NCBI GenBank assembly: GCA_963711175.1
Contig: CAVQDC010000029.1
Coordinates: forward strand, 8-64,007
From: an uncultured Actinomycetota bacterium
GTDB taxonomy: Bacteria; Actinomycetota; Actinomycetes; Propionibacteriales; Nocardioidaceae
Direction: 5' to 3'
Length of the DNA stretch: 64,000 bases
This document shows, one piece after another, positions 47,391 to 56,922 of this stretch. The first letter of the stretch is position 1; every line of letters begins with the position of its first letter. The translations under genes were made by a program, and so were the position numbers. The notes under the pieces are model-generated. The model worked only from the letters and a program-made list of their open reading frames with translations, was not told the origin of the DNA and searched no databases.

Positions 47391-47660
47391 GGTGGACAGC
47401 CAGTTGTCCACAGGGCCTGTGGACAACCTGCGCACTCGCGTGGACGACACGCGCACAGCCGTGCACCGACCGTGGACCAAGGTGTGGAGAGCGAGAAAGT
47501 TTGTGCGGTGAAACCCGTGCTGACCTGCGGAAACGTCGTCCACACCCTGTGGACAGAAATCTCCACCCCCTCGCACCTGTTCACCTGTCCGCCATCTGGA
47601 TGATGCCTGTTGCTTTGTCGACACGCCTCGCCAGGACGTCCGGTGGCCGGCTTCTCCACA
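47391..47660. promoter_or_regulatory. DnaA-box cluster upstream of dnaB
   Basis: Perfect TTGTCCACA (47404-47412) and TGTGGACAA (47418-47426), plus about 8 boxes with 1-2 mismatches. Confidence 0.75.
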
Positions 47661-47756
47661 CCACGATGCACAGGTAGTCCGAAAGGACTATGTACGCCGC
47701 CCGGGACCCTGAACTAAGGGACTCCGCCGACGCGGTTCCCGAGCGCGGTTCCTAGG

Positions 47757-49091
47757 GTGAATCTCGTGAAAGCCGTCGACCGGGAGATCTTGCGACTCGC
47801 CGTGCCCGCGTTCCTGGCGCTCGTGGCCGAGCCGCTGTTCCTGCTCTCCGACGCCGCCATCGTCGGTCACCTCGGCACCCCGCAGCTCGCCGGCCTCGGC
47901 ATCGCCGCCGTCATCCTCCAGACCGTCGTCGGCCTGTGCGTCTTCCTGGCGTACGGCACCACTGCCAGCGTCGCGCGCCACCTCGGCGCGGGCGACCTCC
48001 GCGCAGCCCTGGCCCAGGGCGTCGACGGACTCTGGCTGGCGGTCGTGATCGGGACGATCGCCACCGTCGCCGGCGTCCTCGCCACCCGACCCCTGGTCGC
48101 CGCCTTCGGCACCGGGTCGGAGGTCGCCGGCCACGCGGAGACCTACCTCGCGATCGCGTTCCTCGGCACCACACCGTTGCTGGTGATGCTCGCTGCGACC
48201 GGCGTGCTGCGTGGGTTGCAGGACACGCGTACGCCGCTGCTGGTCGCCGTCGTCGGCAACGGCCTCAACGTCGCGCTCAACGTCCTCCTCGTCTACGGCC
48301 TCGACCTCGGCATCGCCGGCTCGGCCATCGGCTCGGTGATCGCCCAGGTCGTGTCGGCCGCGTGGCTGGTCGCCGTCGTGGTGCGGGCCTCCCGCGAGCA
48401 GGACGCGCCCCTGACCCCCGACCTCGCCGGCATCCTCGCGGCCGCCCACGCCGCCGTCGCCCTCGTCATCCGCACCCTGGCGCTGCGCGCGTGCCTCCTG
48501 GTCGGGACGTACGCGGTCAGCCGCGCCGGCACGGACGGGCGCGACGTCACGATCGCGACCCACCAGGTCGCGATCACCCTGTGGTCGTTCCTGGCGTTCG
48601 CCCTCGACGCCATCGCGATCGCCGCGCAGGCGCTCACCGGGCGCTCGCTCGGCAGCGGCGACGCCGAGACCACGCGACGGCTGACCAGACGGATGATCCA
48701 GTGGGGCTGGGGCAGCGGGCTCGTGGCCGGCCTGGCGCTGGCCGCGGCCTCTCCGTTCGTCGGCGCGCTGTTCACCAGCGACCCCGAGGTGCAGGAGCTG
48801 CTCGTCCCGGTGCTGCTCGTGGCCGCGATCGGCCAACCGCTCGCGGGCGTCGTCTTCGTGCTCGACGGCGTCCTCATCGGCGCCGGTGACGGCGCCTACC
48901 TCGCCCGGGCGGGCCTCGCGGTGCTCGCGGTGTACGCCCCCGCCGCGCTCTGGGCGGCGACGCTCCCGCACGGGCTGGTCGCGGTGTGGGTGGCGATGAC
49001 CGTCGTGTTCATGGGGGCTCGTGGCGTCCTGCTCACGTGGCGTGCGCGCGGCGACGCGTGGCTGGTGACGGGCGTCCCGGCCGCCCCCTGA
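47757..49091 (+). CDS. MATE (DinF-like) efflux transporter
   Basis: LAVPA..AEPL..DAAIVGHLG, GVLRGLQDTRTPL and DAIAIAAQAL. Start may be GTG 47766. Confidence 0.92.
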   Translation: MNLVKAVDREILRLAVPAFLALVAEPLFLLSDAAIVGHLGTPQLAGLGIAAVILQTVVGLCVFLAYGTTASVARHLGAGDLRAALAQGVDGLWLAVVIGTIATVAGVLATRPLVAAFGTGSEVAGHAETYLAIAFLGTTPLLVMLAATGVLRGLQDTRTPLLVAVVGNGLNVALNVLLVYGLDLGIAGSAIGSVIAQVVSAAWLVAVVVRASREQDAPLTPDLAGILAAAHAAVALVIRTLALRACLLVGTYAVSRAGTDGRDVTIATHQVAITLWSFLAFALDAIAIAAQALTGRSLGSGDAETTRRLTRRMIQWGWGSGLVAGLALAAASPFVGALFTSDPEVQELLVPVLLVAAIGQPLAGVVFVLDGVLIGAGDGAYLARAGLAVLAVYAPAALWAATLPHGLVAVWVAMTVVFMGARGVLLTWRARGDAWLVTGVPAAP

Positions 49092-49364
49092 TGGGCCGGC
49101 ACCAGCGCCTCGACAACCCCCGCACGTCCTGCCGAGATCGGCTGCGGTCCCCACCACGCCGTGTCATCCAGCCTCACCCCTTGAGGGGGTTCGGTGTCAC
49201 GGCCGCGTCACAGGACTATTTACGGCGCGCGATTTGGTTGACTTTGGCGACCGTGTGACCTGAGATACAGAAGTTGCACCTCCTCCTCTCCGTACGACGT
49301 ACGCCTTCGCCTCGGTGGCCGCGTCCTCGTGCGACGAGGCCATCCTTTCGAACGGGAGATCCGC

Positions 49365-52300
49365 GTGATCCGTCGTACCCTCGCGGCCGGCGCTGCTATC
49401 AGCGTCACAGCCGCACTCCTCATGCCTTGGGGGACGGCTGCGCAAGCAGTCGGCTCGTCCCCGGGCGATCTGAAGCCGGCCACAGCCACGGCTGACAAGG
49501 CCGGGCAGAAGGGCACCGTGCTCAGCCTGGGCACGGGCACCCGCCCGCAGACCTACATCATCCAGCTCGACTCCCCCGCCATCCCGACGCGCGGGCTCGC
49601 CGTCGAGAAGGGCGCCAGCACCCAGCGCGCCGAGGGCGCCGCGGCCTACGGCAAGGAGCTGAAGGGCGAGCAGGCTGACCTCACGTCCGCGATCGGCAAG
49701 ATCACCGGTGGCACCCCGCAGGTGCTCGACTCCTTCACCCACGCCATCAACGGCATCACGGTGAAGCTCACTCGTTCGCAGGCGGAGCGTGTCGCGCGCA
49801 TCGACGGCGTCAAGGCCGTCCAGGTCGACTTCACCCGCAAGCTCACCACGGACGTCGGGCCCGAGTGGATCGGCGCCCCCAGCATCTGGGACGGCACCAG
49901 CACTCCCGACGGCATCGGCACCAAGGGTGAGGGCATCGTCGCCGGCATCCTCGACACCGGCCTCAACCCCGCCAACCCCTCGTTCGCCGACTCGGTGGCG
50001 CCCGCGGACGGTGGCGACGGCTACAACATGGAGAACCCGCGGGGCGCCGGCAACTACGTCGGTGTCTGCAACCCGGCCGACCCGTCCTACATCCCCAACT
50101 GGGGCTGCAACGACAAGGTCATCGGCTACTGGAACTTCTCCGGCACCGACCAGTACGACGACGACGGCCACGGCAGCCACACCGCCAGCACCACCGCCGG
50201 CAACCAGGTCGACGCGACCGTCTACGCCGCGAAGGGCACCCCGCACGAGTTCTCGGTGACCCGCAACATCAAGGGCGTCGCCCCCCACGCCAACATCATC
50301 AGCTACGACGTCTGCGACGGAGCCGGCTGCCAGGGCGCGTCGATCGTCGCCGCCATCGACCAGGCGATCCGCGACGGTGTCGACGTCATCAACTACTCGA
50401 TCGGCTCCTCCTCGCCGTCGAGCCCGTGGAGCGATCCCGACGCGGTGGGCTTCCTCAACGCCCGCGCGGCCGGCATCTACGTGGCCACCTCGGCCGGCAA
50501 CGACGGCCCCGGTGCCGCCACGCAGGGCAGCCCCGCCGACGTCCCGTGGATCACGTCTGTCGGCGCGACCACGCACAACCGCACCTACGTCTCCTCGGTG
50601 ACCAACATCGCCGGTTCCGACTCCTCGACCCTGCCTGACATCGCGGGCAAGGGCCTGTCCGGCCCGACCGACGGGTCCTTCCCCCTCGTCTACGCCGGCA
50701 GCGCGCCGTACAACAACGCGCTCTGTGGAGCGGTCACCGACGCACCTCCGGGCACCGGGACCACCTTCCCGGGCGGCACCAGCTTCGTCGGCAAGATCGT
50801 CGTCTGCGACCGCGGCGGCAACGGCCGGGTCGAGAAGGGTCAGAACGTCGCCGCCCTCGGTGCCGAGGGCATGATCCTCGCCAACGACGCAGCCAGCGGC
50901 ACCTCGCTCAACGGCGACGCGCACGCCCTGCCCGCCGCGCACATCACCTACGCGGACGGCGTGGCACTCAAGGCCTTCATGGCCGCCCACCCGGGCGTCC
51001 AGGCTGCGCTCTCCGGTGCCGTCATCAACCTCGATGCCGCCAACGGCGACATCATGGCGGCGTTCTCGAGCCGCGGTCCCAACCGCGCGGTCTCCGTCAT
51101 CGGCCCGTCCGTCTCGGCTCCCGGCGTGGACATCCTCGCCGCTGCCGGCACGGGCAACGACACGGAGTGGGAGTTCATCTCCGGCACCTCGATGGCGAGC
51201 CCGCACACCGCGGGTTCGTTCGCCCTGCTCAAGTCCGTGCACCCCGACTGGACCCCGGCCCAGGCGCAGTCCGCACTCATGACGACCTCCGAGCGCAACA
51301 TCACCGACAACGACGGCACTGCCGCCGACTGGTTCGACATGGGCTCGGGTCGCATCGACCTCAACAACGCGGCCGATGCCGGTCTGGTGCTCGACGAGAA
51401 CAACGCCGACTACCTGGCGGCGGACCCCGCCGTGGGTGGGGACGTCCGTACGCTCAACATCGCGAGCATGGCCGACAACTCCTGCCTCGAGACCTGCGCG
51501 TGGACCCGTACGTTCGAAGGCACCGCCATCGGTGCCGGCACGTGGAACGTGGCGGTGGAGAACCTCTCCCCCGGGGTCACCCTCGCGGTCGACAAGTCGT
51601 CGTTCGCAGTGACCGAGGGCGGCACGGCTGACGTGACCGTCACCGCCACGCTCGCGCCCGGCCTGTCCACCACCAAGTGGCTGTTCGGCACCCTGGTGCT
51701 GACTCCTGCTGCCGGGTCGTCCGCTCCGGTCGCGCACCTGCCCGTCGGCGTCCTGCCGTCGGCCGGCGTGCTTCCCGAGGCGATCGACATCACGACCCGT
51801 CGTGACGCCGGTTCGCAGCTCGAGACCGGCCTGCAGGCCAAGGAGGTCACTGACCTCCAGATCTCTGCGAGCGGTCTCGTTCCCCAGAAGAGCACCACGC
51901 TCTCCATCGTGGAGGACGGCACCAACGCCGACGCCTTCAACGGCGACGGCGCCGCCGTCACCAACCTCACGGTGCCCGCGGGCGCCACGAGCCTGTCGGC
52001 AACCCTCTCCAACCCCACGGCCACCGACTTCGACATGTATGTCGGGACCGGTGCGGTGACCGCGGCCAACGTGGTGGCACAGAGCGCTGCCGGCGGCTCC
52101 AACGAGAGCGTCACGATCGCCACCCCGGCTGCTGGCACCTACTGGGTCCTCGTGCAGAACTACGAGGCCAGCACGCCCGGTGGCACCGACACCACAGACC
52201 TGTTGACCGCTGTGGTCGCAGGTGACGAGGGCAACCTCCGGGCCGAAGGCCCCCAGGGTCCGGTCGCAGCGGCCACGCCGTTCGACATCCGCACCTTCTG

Positions 52301-54104
52301 GGACGAGTCGGCCATGGAGGCCGGCCAGACCTGGATCGGGGCCCTGACGCTCGGCAGCTCGTCCGACTCGCCCGACGACATCGGCATCATCCCGGTGGCC
52401 ATCCACCGGGTCGCCGACGACGTCACCAAGTCGGCGGACAAGACGCAGGCGGCACCGGGTGACGTGATCACCTACACCGTCGACGTCGCGCCCAACGTCA
52501 CCCGCGAGGACCTCGCCTACACGATCACCGACACGCTGCCCGAGGGCTCGACCTATGTCGAGGGCTCGGCGACCAACGGCGCCTCGTACGCCGATGGTGT
52601 GGTGTCGTGGACCGGTGTGCTCGAGTCCACCTTCGGTGACGAGGGCAACTACACCATCACCACGAGTACCCAGGACCCGAGCTGCCAGACGCCGTTCGGC
52701 CCTGGCTACGTCGACCTCGCCGATCCTGACGTGGCTGGTCTTGCTCCGGAGGCGGACATCGTCGGGGACACCACCACGTTCTCGGCGTTCGCGTCGGGCA
52801 CCTACGGGTTCTACGGCCAGTCCTACCAGGGTCTGACCTTCGCCGACGACGGGTTCCTCGTCTACGGCGACGACAACTACGGCAATCCTCCGGCGGACGA
52901 GCCGTGGGCGGCGCAGTCCGTGCCCGACCCGGCGCTGCCGAACAGCGTCGCGGCGCTGTTGTGGCAGGACATGGAGTTCCGCTACGACGAGGCAACAGGC
53001 GCCGGTGTCACGCTCGCTTCGACCGGGTCCGCCCCGGGCGACGTGGCCGTCGTCGAGTACGACGACATGCGTTACTTCGAGGACGACGCGGCCGAGATCG
53101 GTCAGCTCGACATGGAGGTGTTCGCGACCGCCGGGAGCAACGACCTGGTGTTCGCCTACGACAACATCGCGGGCGGTCTCCTGCTGGGTGGCAACGCCCA
53201 GGCTGGCAACGTCACCATCGGCACGGAGAACGCAGCGGCCAGCCAGGCCGCGACGCTCGTCAACCAGGGAGACGCCAACGGTGTCATCACCAACGGGCTG
53301 AACGTGTGCGCGTCGTACTCGGAGCCTGCCGCCGAGGGCACGAGCTTCACCTACCAGGTGAAGGTCAACGACACGGTCGGCAACAAGGACCTGACCAACA
53401 CGGTCGTCCACACCGTCGACAACCCGGGCGCCAAGCCCGCGTCGTCGAAGTACACCGTGGCGATCAAGGGTTCGGCCCAGCGCACCAACGTGGCCCTGTC
53501 GATCAACCCGAACAGCATCCTGACCGGTGACACGACCGCCGCCACGGCGACGGTCTTCACCACGGGCTCGACCCCGGCCACCGGCCAGGTCGAGTTCCTC
53601 GCAGGCACCCGGGTTGCCGGGACCGGCACCCTGGATGCCTCGGGCAAGGTCACGGCCACGCTGTCGGGCTTCACCGCTGCCGGGACCTTCCCGATCACGG
53701 CGAAGTACCTGGGTGACGGCACCAACGGTGCCAGCACCTCCGACCCGGTCAACCTGGTGGTCACGGCGAAGAACTCGCCCGTGCCCGCCGACAAGGTGAC
53801 GCCGAAGATCAGCACCAAGATGGTCAAGCCCGTGGAGGTTGGCACCCACGTCAAGCTCCGCGTGACCGTCCGTGCCCGCGACATCGTTCCCTCGGGAACG
53901 GTGAAGATCTCCCTCAAGGGTGCGGGCAAGACCAAGTCCTGGACCAAGACCCTGAACGCCAAGGGTCGGACCAAGGTCCGGCTGCCGAAGTTCATGAAGA
54001 CCGGCAAGGTCAAGGTCAAGGTCTCCTACCTGGGAGACGCGGCCACCCTGCCGCTCGACAAGAAGATCAAGTTCAAGGTCGTCGATCGTCGCAACATTCG
54101 ATGA
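49365..54104 (+). CDS. Large secreted S8 subtilase (I9 - S8/PA - Fn3-like - PPC - DUF11 - Ig-like)
   Basis: Signal peptide; catalytic triad ILDTG / HGSHTAST / SGTSMASPH; PA insert VVCDRG; Lys-rich tail. Confidence 0.9.
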   Translation: MIRRTLAAGAAISVTAALLMPWGTAAQAVGSSPGDLKPATATADKAGQKGTVLSLGTGTRPQTYIIQLDSPAIPTRGLAVEKGASTQRAEGAAAYGKELKGEQADLTSAIGKITGGTPQVLDSFTHAINGITVKLTRSQAERVARIDGVKAVQVDFTRKLTTDVGPEWIGAPSIWDGTSTPDGIGTKGEGIVAGILDTGLNPANPSFADSVAPADGGDGYNMENPRGAGNYVGVCNPADPSYIPNWGCNDKVIGYWNFSGTDQYDDDGHGSHTASTTAGNQVDATVYAAKGTPHEFSVTRNIKGVAPHANIISYDVCDGAGCQGASIVAAIDQAIRDGVDVINYSIGSSSPSSPWSDPDAVGFLNARAAGIYVATSAGNDGPGAATQGSPADVPWITSVGATTHNRTYVSSVTNIAGSDSSTLPDIAGKGLSGPTDGSFPLVYAGSAPYNNALCGAVTDAPPGTGTTFPGGTSFVGKIVVCDRGGNGRVEKGQNVAALGAEGMILANDAASGTSLNGDAHALPAAHITYADGVALKAFMAAHPGVQAALSGAVINLDAANGDIMAAFSSRGPNRAVSVIGPSVSAPGVDILAAAGTGNDTEWEFISGTSMASPHTAGSFALLKSVHPDWTPAQAQSALMTTSERNITDNDGTAADWFDMGSGRIDLNNAADAGLVLDENNADYLAADPAVGGDVRTLNIASMADNSCLETCAWTRTFEGTAIGAGTWNVAVENLSPGVTLAVDKSSFAVTEGGTADVTVTATLAPGLSTTKWLFGTLVLTPAAGSSAPVAHLPVGVLPSAGVLPEAIDITTRRDAGSQLETGLQAKEVTDLQISASGLVPQKSTTLSIVEDGTNADAFNGDGAAVTNLTVPAGATSLSATLSNPTATDFDMYVGTGAVTAANVVAQSAAGGSNESVTIATPAAGTYWVLVQNYEASTPGGTDTTDLLTAVVAGDEGNLRAEGPQGPVAAATPFDIRTFWDESAMEAGQTWIGALTLGSSSDSPDDIGIIPVAIHRVADDVTKSADKTQAAPGDVITYTVDVAPNVTREDLAYTITDTLPEGSTYVEGSATNGASYADGVVSWTGVLESTFGDEGNYTITTSTQDPSCQTPFGPGYVDLADPDVAGLAPEADIVGDTTTFSAFASGTYGFYGQSYQGLTFADDGFLVYGDDNYGNPPADEPWAAQSVPDPALPNSVAALLWQDMEFRYDEATGAGVTLASTGSAPGDVAVVEYDDMRYFEDDAAEIGQLDMEVFATAGSNDLVFAYDNIAGGLLLGGNAQAGNVTIGTENAAASQAATLVNQGDANGVITNGLNVCASYSEPAAEGTSFTYQVKVNDTVGNKDLTNTVVHTVDNPGAKPASSKYTVAIKGSAQRTNVALSINPNSILTGDTTAATATVFTTGSTPATGQVEFLAGTRVAGTGTLDASGKVTATLSGFTAAGTFPITAKYLGDGTNGASTSDPVNLVVTAKNSPVPADKVTPKISTKMVKPVEVGTHVKLRVTVRARDIVPSGTVKISLKGAGKTKSWTKTLNAKGRTKVRLPKFMKTGKVKVKVSYLGDAATLPLDKKIKFKVVDRRNIR

Positions 54105-54122
54105 TGTGAACTAGCTCCTCTG

Positions 54123-54160
54123 CGAGGGGGTCGACGGTGGAGACACCGTCGGCCCCCTCG
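54123..54160 (+). terminator. Terminator-like hairpin after the subtilase gene
   Basis: CGAGGGGGTCGACGGTG-gaga-CACCGTCGGCCCCCTCG. Confidence 0.7.
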
Positions 54161-54207
54161 TTCGCATGTACGCAGTCACGCTTGCTCGCACGCGACATCA
54201 TGGGGCT

Positions 54208-54618
54208 GTGCCCTTCTCCCGTCTGCCGGTCCTCGCCGTCGTCACGCTGGCCTGGACCGTGGCGGCGTGCGGCAGCGGAGCGCCCGACCGGGCCGAGGAC
54301 CCCTCTGCCTCTCCTTCTCCCACCTCGACGGAGGACACGATGGAACCCAGCACTCCACCCGCTCCGAGCGGCGACGTGGGGCAGGCGGTCGCCGACCTGG
54401 CTGAGCGCCTGGGCGTCCAGCCGGACGACGTCGAGGTCGTGTCCACGGAGGACGTGACCTGGCGCAACGGTTCCCGTGGCTGTGCCGAGCCGGGAACGAT
54501 GTACACGCAGGTCCTGATCGACGGCTCGCGCATCACCCTCGGCGTGGACGGGACCACCTACGAGTACCACTCCGGCGGATCCAGGCCGCCCACGCTCTGC
54601 GAGAAGCCGACCCAGTAG
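54208..54618 (+). CDS. Small lipoprotein with two Cys
   Basis: Lipobox VAAC; EDVTWRNGSRGC..PG.MYTQ and YEYH. Confidence 0.75.
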   Translation: MPFSRLPVLAVVTLAWTVAACGSGAPDRAEDPSASPSPTSTEDTMEPSTPPAPSGDVGQAVADLAERLGVQPDDVEVVSTEDVTWRNGSRGCAEPGTMYTQVLIDGSRITLGVDGTTYEYHSGGSRPPTLCEKPTQ

Positions 54619-54674
54619 TCCGCATCAAAGTTCCGGTCGAACGGGTCCGGGACCAGACGATTGATGCGGACTAC
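54615..54674. repeat. 60-bp element bounded by perfect 14-bp inverted repeats
   Basis: GTAGTCCGCATCAA (54615-54628) and TTGATGCGGACTAC (54661-54674). Confidence 0.65.
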
Positions 54675-54692
54675 CCAAGGGAGCAGGCATGA

Positions 54693-54731
54693 CGAACGGC
54701 CCGCCGCCTCCGAGGAGGCGACGGGCCGTTC
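54693..54731 (-). terminator. Terminator of the rpsF-ssb-rpsR-rplI operon
   Basis: CGAACGGCCCG-c-CGCCTC...GAGGCG-a-CGGGCCGTTCG hairpin about 27 nt after the rplI stop. Confidence 0.7.
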
Positions 54732-54757
54732 GCGTGGTGCGTGGGTCGTGCGGCCGG

Positions 54758-55204
54758 TCAGGCGGGAACGACGTTGAGGGCCACCGTGGCGGACACCTCG
54801 TCGTGCAGCTTGACCGAGACCGTGTGCGAGCCGAGCGTCTTGATCGGGTTGGTGACCACGATCGTGCGGCGGTCGACCTTCTCGCCGGAGACCTCGCCGA
54901 TCGCGTCGGCGATCTCCGAGGTGGTGACGGCGCCGAACAGGCGACCGCCCTCACCGGCGCGGACCTTGACGTTGACCGGGTTGGCCTCGAGCTTGGTCTT
55001 GATCTCGATGGCGTGGTCCGCGTCGCGGGCCGCACGCGCGAAGCGGGCGGTCTTGATGGACTCGATGGTCTTCTCGCCGCCACGGGTCCAGCGGATGCCG
55101 AGGCCACGGGGAACGAGGTAGTTGCGGCCGTAGCCGTCCTTGACCTCGACCACGTCGCCGGGGGCGCCGAGGCCGTCGACCTCCTGGGTCAGGATGAGCT
55201 TCAT
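54758..55204 (-). CDS. rplI: 50S ribosomal protein L9
   Basis: [22 protein letters not shown] and GRLFGAVT. Confidence 0.98.
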   Translation of the reverse strand: MKLILTQEVDGLGAPGDVVEVKDGYGRNYLVPRGLGIRWTRGGEKTIESIKTARFARAARDADHAIEIKTKLEANPVNVKVRAGEGGRLFGAVTTSEIADAIGEVSGEKVDRRTIVVTNPIKTLGSHTVSVKLHDEVSATVALNVVPA

Positions 55205-55218
55205 GTCTCGTGCTCCTC

Positions 55219-55455
55219 TCAGCGACCGGTGGACGTGTAGGGCAGCAGAGCCAGCTCGCGCGCGTTCTTGACGGCGATGGCCACGTCGCGCTGGTGCTGG
55301 ACGCAGTTGCCGGTCACGCGACGGGCGCGGATCTTGCCACGGTCGGAGATGAACTTGCGGAGGAGCGTGGTGTCCTTGTAGTCGACACCGGTCGCCTTCT
55401 CCTTGCAGAACTGGCAAACCTTCTTCTTGGGCTTGCGCAGAATTGCCTTGGCCAT
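55219..55455 (-). CDS. rpsR: 30S ribosomal protein S18 (Zn-binding C+ form)
   Basis: [30 protein letters not shown]. Confidence 0.98.
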   Translation of the reverse strand: MAKAILRKPKKKVCQFCKEKATGVDYKDTTLLRKFISDRGKIRARRVTGNCVQHQRDVAIAVKNARELALLPYTSTGR

Positions 55456-55569
55456 TGTGGTGCTCCCTTTCAGTGAGCCCGGCCCTGAGGCAATCAGGGA
55501 CGGAATGGAATTTCGGATGTTCTTGCTGGTCTTCCCGGATCACACCGAGGGGTTTCGATACGCCCTGGT

Positions 55570-55642
55570 CACGGCTTCGCGAGCTCAGCCGTGCGGGCTA
55601 CTCAACCTGGCGACCTGACGCGGCTTCGCATGCTCAGCCGCG
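55570..55642. repeat. Two copies of a 24-bp imperfect palindrome (REP-like) between ssb and rpsR
   Basis: CACGGCTTCGCGAGCTCAGCCGTG (55570-55593) and CGCGGCTTCGCATGCTCAGCCGCG (55619-55642). Confidence 0.7.
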
Positions 55643-55648
55643 GGTCCC

Positions 55649-56269
55649 TCAGAAGGGGGGCTCGTCGTTGCCGCCGTTGACCCCGGGCGTGGCCCACGGG
55701 TCGTTGGGCGTCGCGGACTGACCGCCACCCTGGCCGCCGGACTGGCCACCCTGGGGCTGTCCGCCCCAGCTGCTGCCACCCTGGCCGCCACCCTGCGAGG
55801 GAGCCGGGCTGGACCACGGGTCGTCGGCCGGCGCGGACTGACCGCCACCGCCCGAGTAACCGCCGCCACCGCCACCGCCGGAGTAGCCGCCACCGCCGCC
55901 GGACCGGGTCGTCTTGGTGACCTTGGCCGATGCAGAACGCAGCGACGGGCCGACCTCCTCGACGTCGATCTCGAAGACGGTGCGCTTCTCACCCTCGCGG
56001 GTCTCGTACTGCCTGGACTTGAGGCGACCCTGGACGATCACGCGCATGCCCTTCTGGAGGGACTCGGCGACGTTCTCCGCGGCCTGGCGCCACACGGCAC
56101 AAGCGAGGAACAGCGTGTCGCCGTCCTTCCACTCGTTCGTCTGGCGGTCGAAGGTCCGCGGCGTCGACGCGATCCGGAAGTTCGCGACGGGTGCCCCCGA
56201 GGGGGTGAACCGCAGCTCCGGGTCGTCGACGAGGTTGCCGATGACGGTGATCGTGGTCTCGCCTGCCAT
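55649..56269 (-). CDS. ssb: Single-stranded DNA-binding protein
   Basis: [25 protein letters not shown]; Gly-rich linker; C-terminal DEPPF. Confidence 0.98.
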   Translation of the reverse strand: MAGETTITVIGNLVDDPELRFTPSGAPVANFRIASTPRTFDRQTNEWKDGDTLFLACAVWRQAAENVAESLQKGMRVIVQGRLKSRQYETREGEKRTVFEIDVEEVGPSLRSASAKVTKTTRSGGGGGYSGGGGGGGYSGGGGQSAPADDPWSSPAPSQGGGQGGSSWGGQPQGGQSGGQGGGQSATPNDPWATPGVNGGNDEPPF

Positions 56270-56337
56270 GCCAGGTCTCCTCAGAATGTCCTGCTGCTGT
56301 GCTGGTGATCCGGGGGGTTGCTCCCGGTGTGCTGCCC

Positions 56338-56359
56338 ATCAAACAGGCAGCGACCGACA
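56338..56359 (-). promoter_or_regulatory. PafBC-type internal promoter of ssb
   Basis: TGTCGG-N10-TTTGAT in the rpsF-ssb spacer; one mismatch in the -10. Confidence 0.6.
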
Positions 56360-56394
56360 GCGGGAAGGGTCTTTCCACAGATGCCCGAGGGCGA

Positions 56395-56685
56395 TCAGTG
56401 GGCGTCGGGACGCATGACCTTGGTGCGCAGGATCGACTCGTTCAGCGTGAGCTGGCGGTCGAACTCCTTGACCGTCGCGGGCTCGGCCGTCAGCTGGACG
56501 ACGGCGTAGATGCCCTCGGCGTTCTTCTTGATCTCGTACGCCATCCGGCGACGACCCCACACGTCGACGGACTCGACAGAGCCGCCGTCCTTGCGGATCA
56601 CGTTGAGGTACTTGTCGAGCGACGGCTCGATGGTGCGCTCGTCGAGACTGGGGTCGAGGATGACCATCACTTCATAAGCACGCAT
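56395..56685 (-). CDS. rpsF: 30S ribosomal protein S6
   Basis: [35 protein letters not shown]. Confidence 0.98.
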   Translation of the reverse strand: MRAYEVMVILDPSLDERTIEPSLDKYLNVIRKDGGSVESVDVWGRRRMAYEIKKNAEGIYAVVQLTAEPATVKEFDRQLTLNESILRTKVMRPDAH

Positions 56686-56691
56686 AGCGGT

Positions 56692-56742
56692 CTCCACCTC
56701 CTCTGGGCTAGAGCGGCCACGGGCTTTCCGTGGCAGGAGGAC
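56692..56742 (-). ncRNA. rpsF leader (S6:S18 autoregulatory element)
   Basis: CCUCCU can pair with the AGAGGAGG SD around the hairpin GCCACGG-AAAG-CCCGUGGC, followed by CCG. Matches my recollection of the known leader. Confidence 0.6.
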
Positions 56743-56922
56743 TGTGCGTTCGCAACGGGTGGTACGACGTGGGTCGTGCGTTGCGGTCGCCCGAAGGCAA
56801 CCGGGGAAGGCTACCAGCGTCGCGCCCGCTCGTCGGAATCGTCGTGGGCCGGCGGTGGAGCGTGACGGCCACCTGTGGACGACGCCCGCGCGACACCCGT
56901 CGACCCGGCTAGCGTCGCGCGG

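Noticed and set aside
47391-47660. oriC itself
   Set aside because: No adjacent dnaA or dnaN and no evident AT-rich unwinding element; actinobacterial oriC normally lies between dnaA and dnaN.
49197-53849. 1550-aa antisense ORF, and many other long antisense or alternate-frame ORFs
   Set aside because: Expected stop-free shadows in high-GC DNA. They have no motifs and mirror well-supported genes.
54155-54180. Possible LexA/SOS box near the lipoprotein promoter
   Set aside because: The half-sites are not in the CGAAC-N4-GTTCG arrangement.
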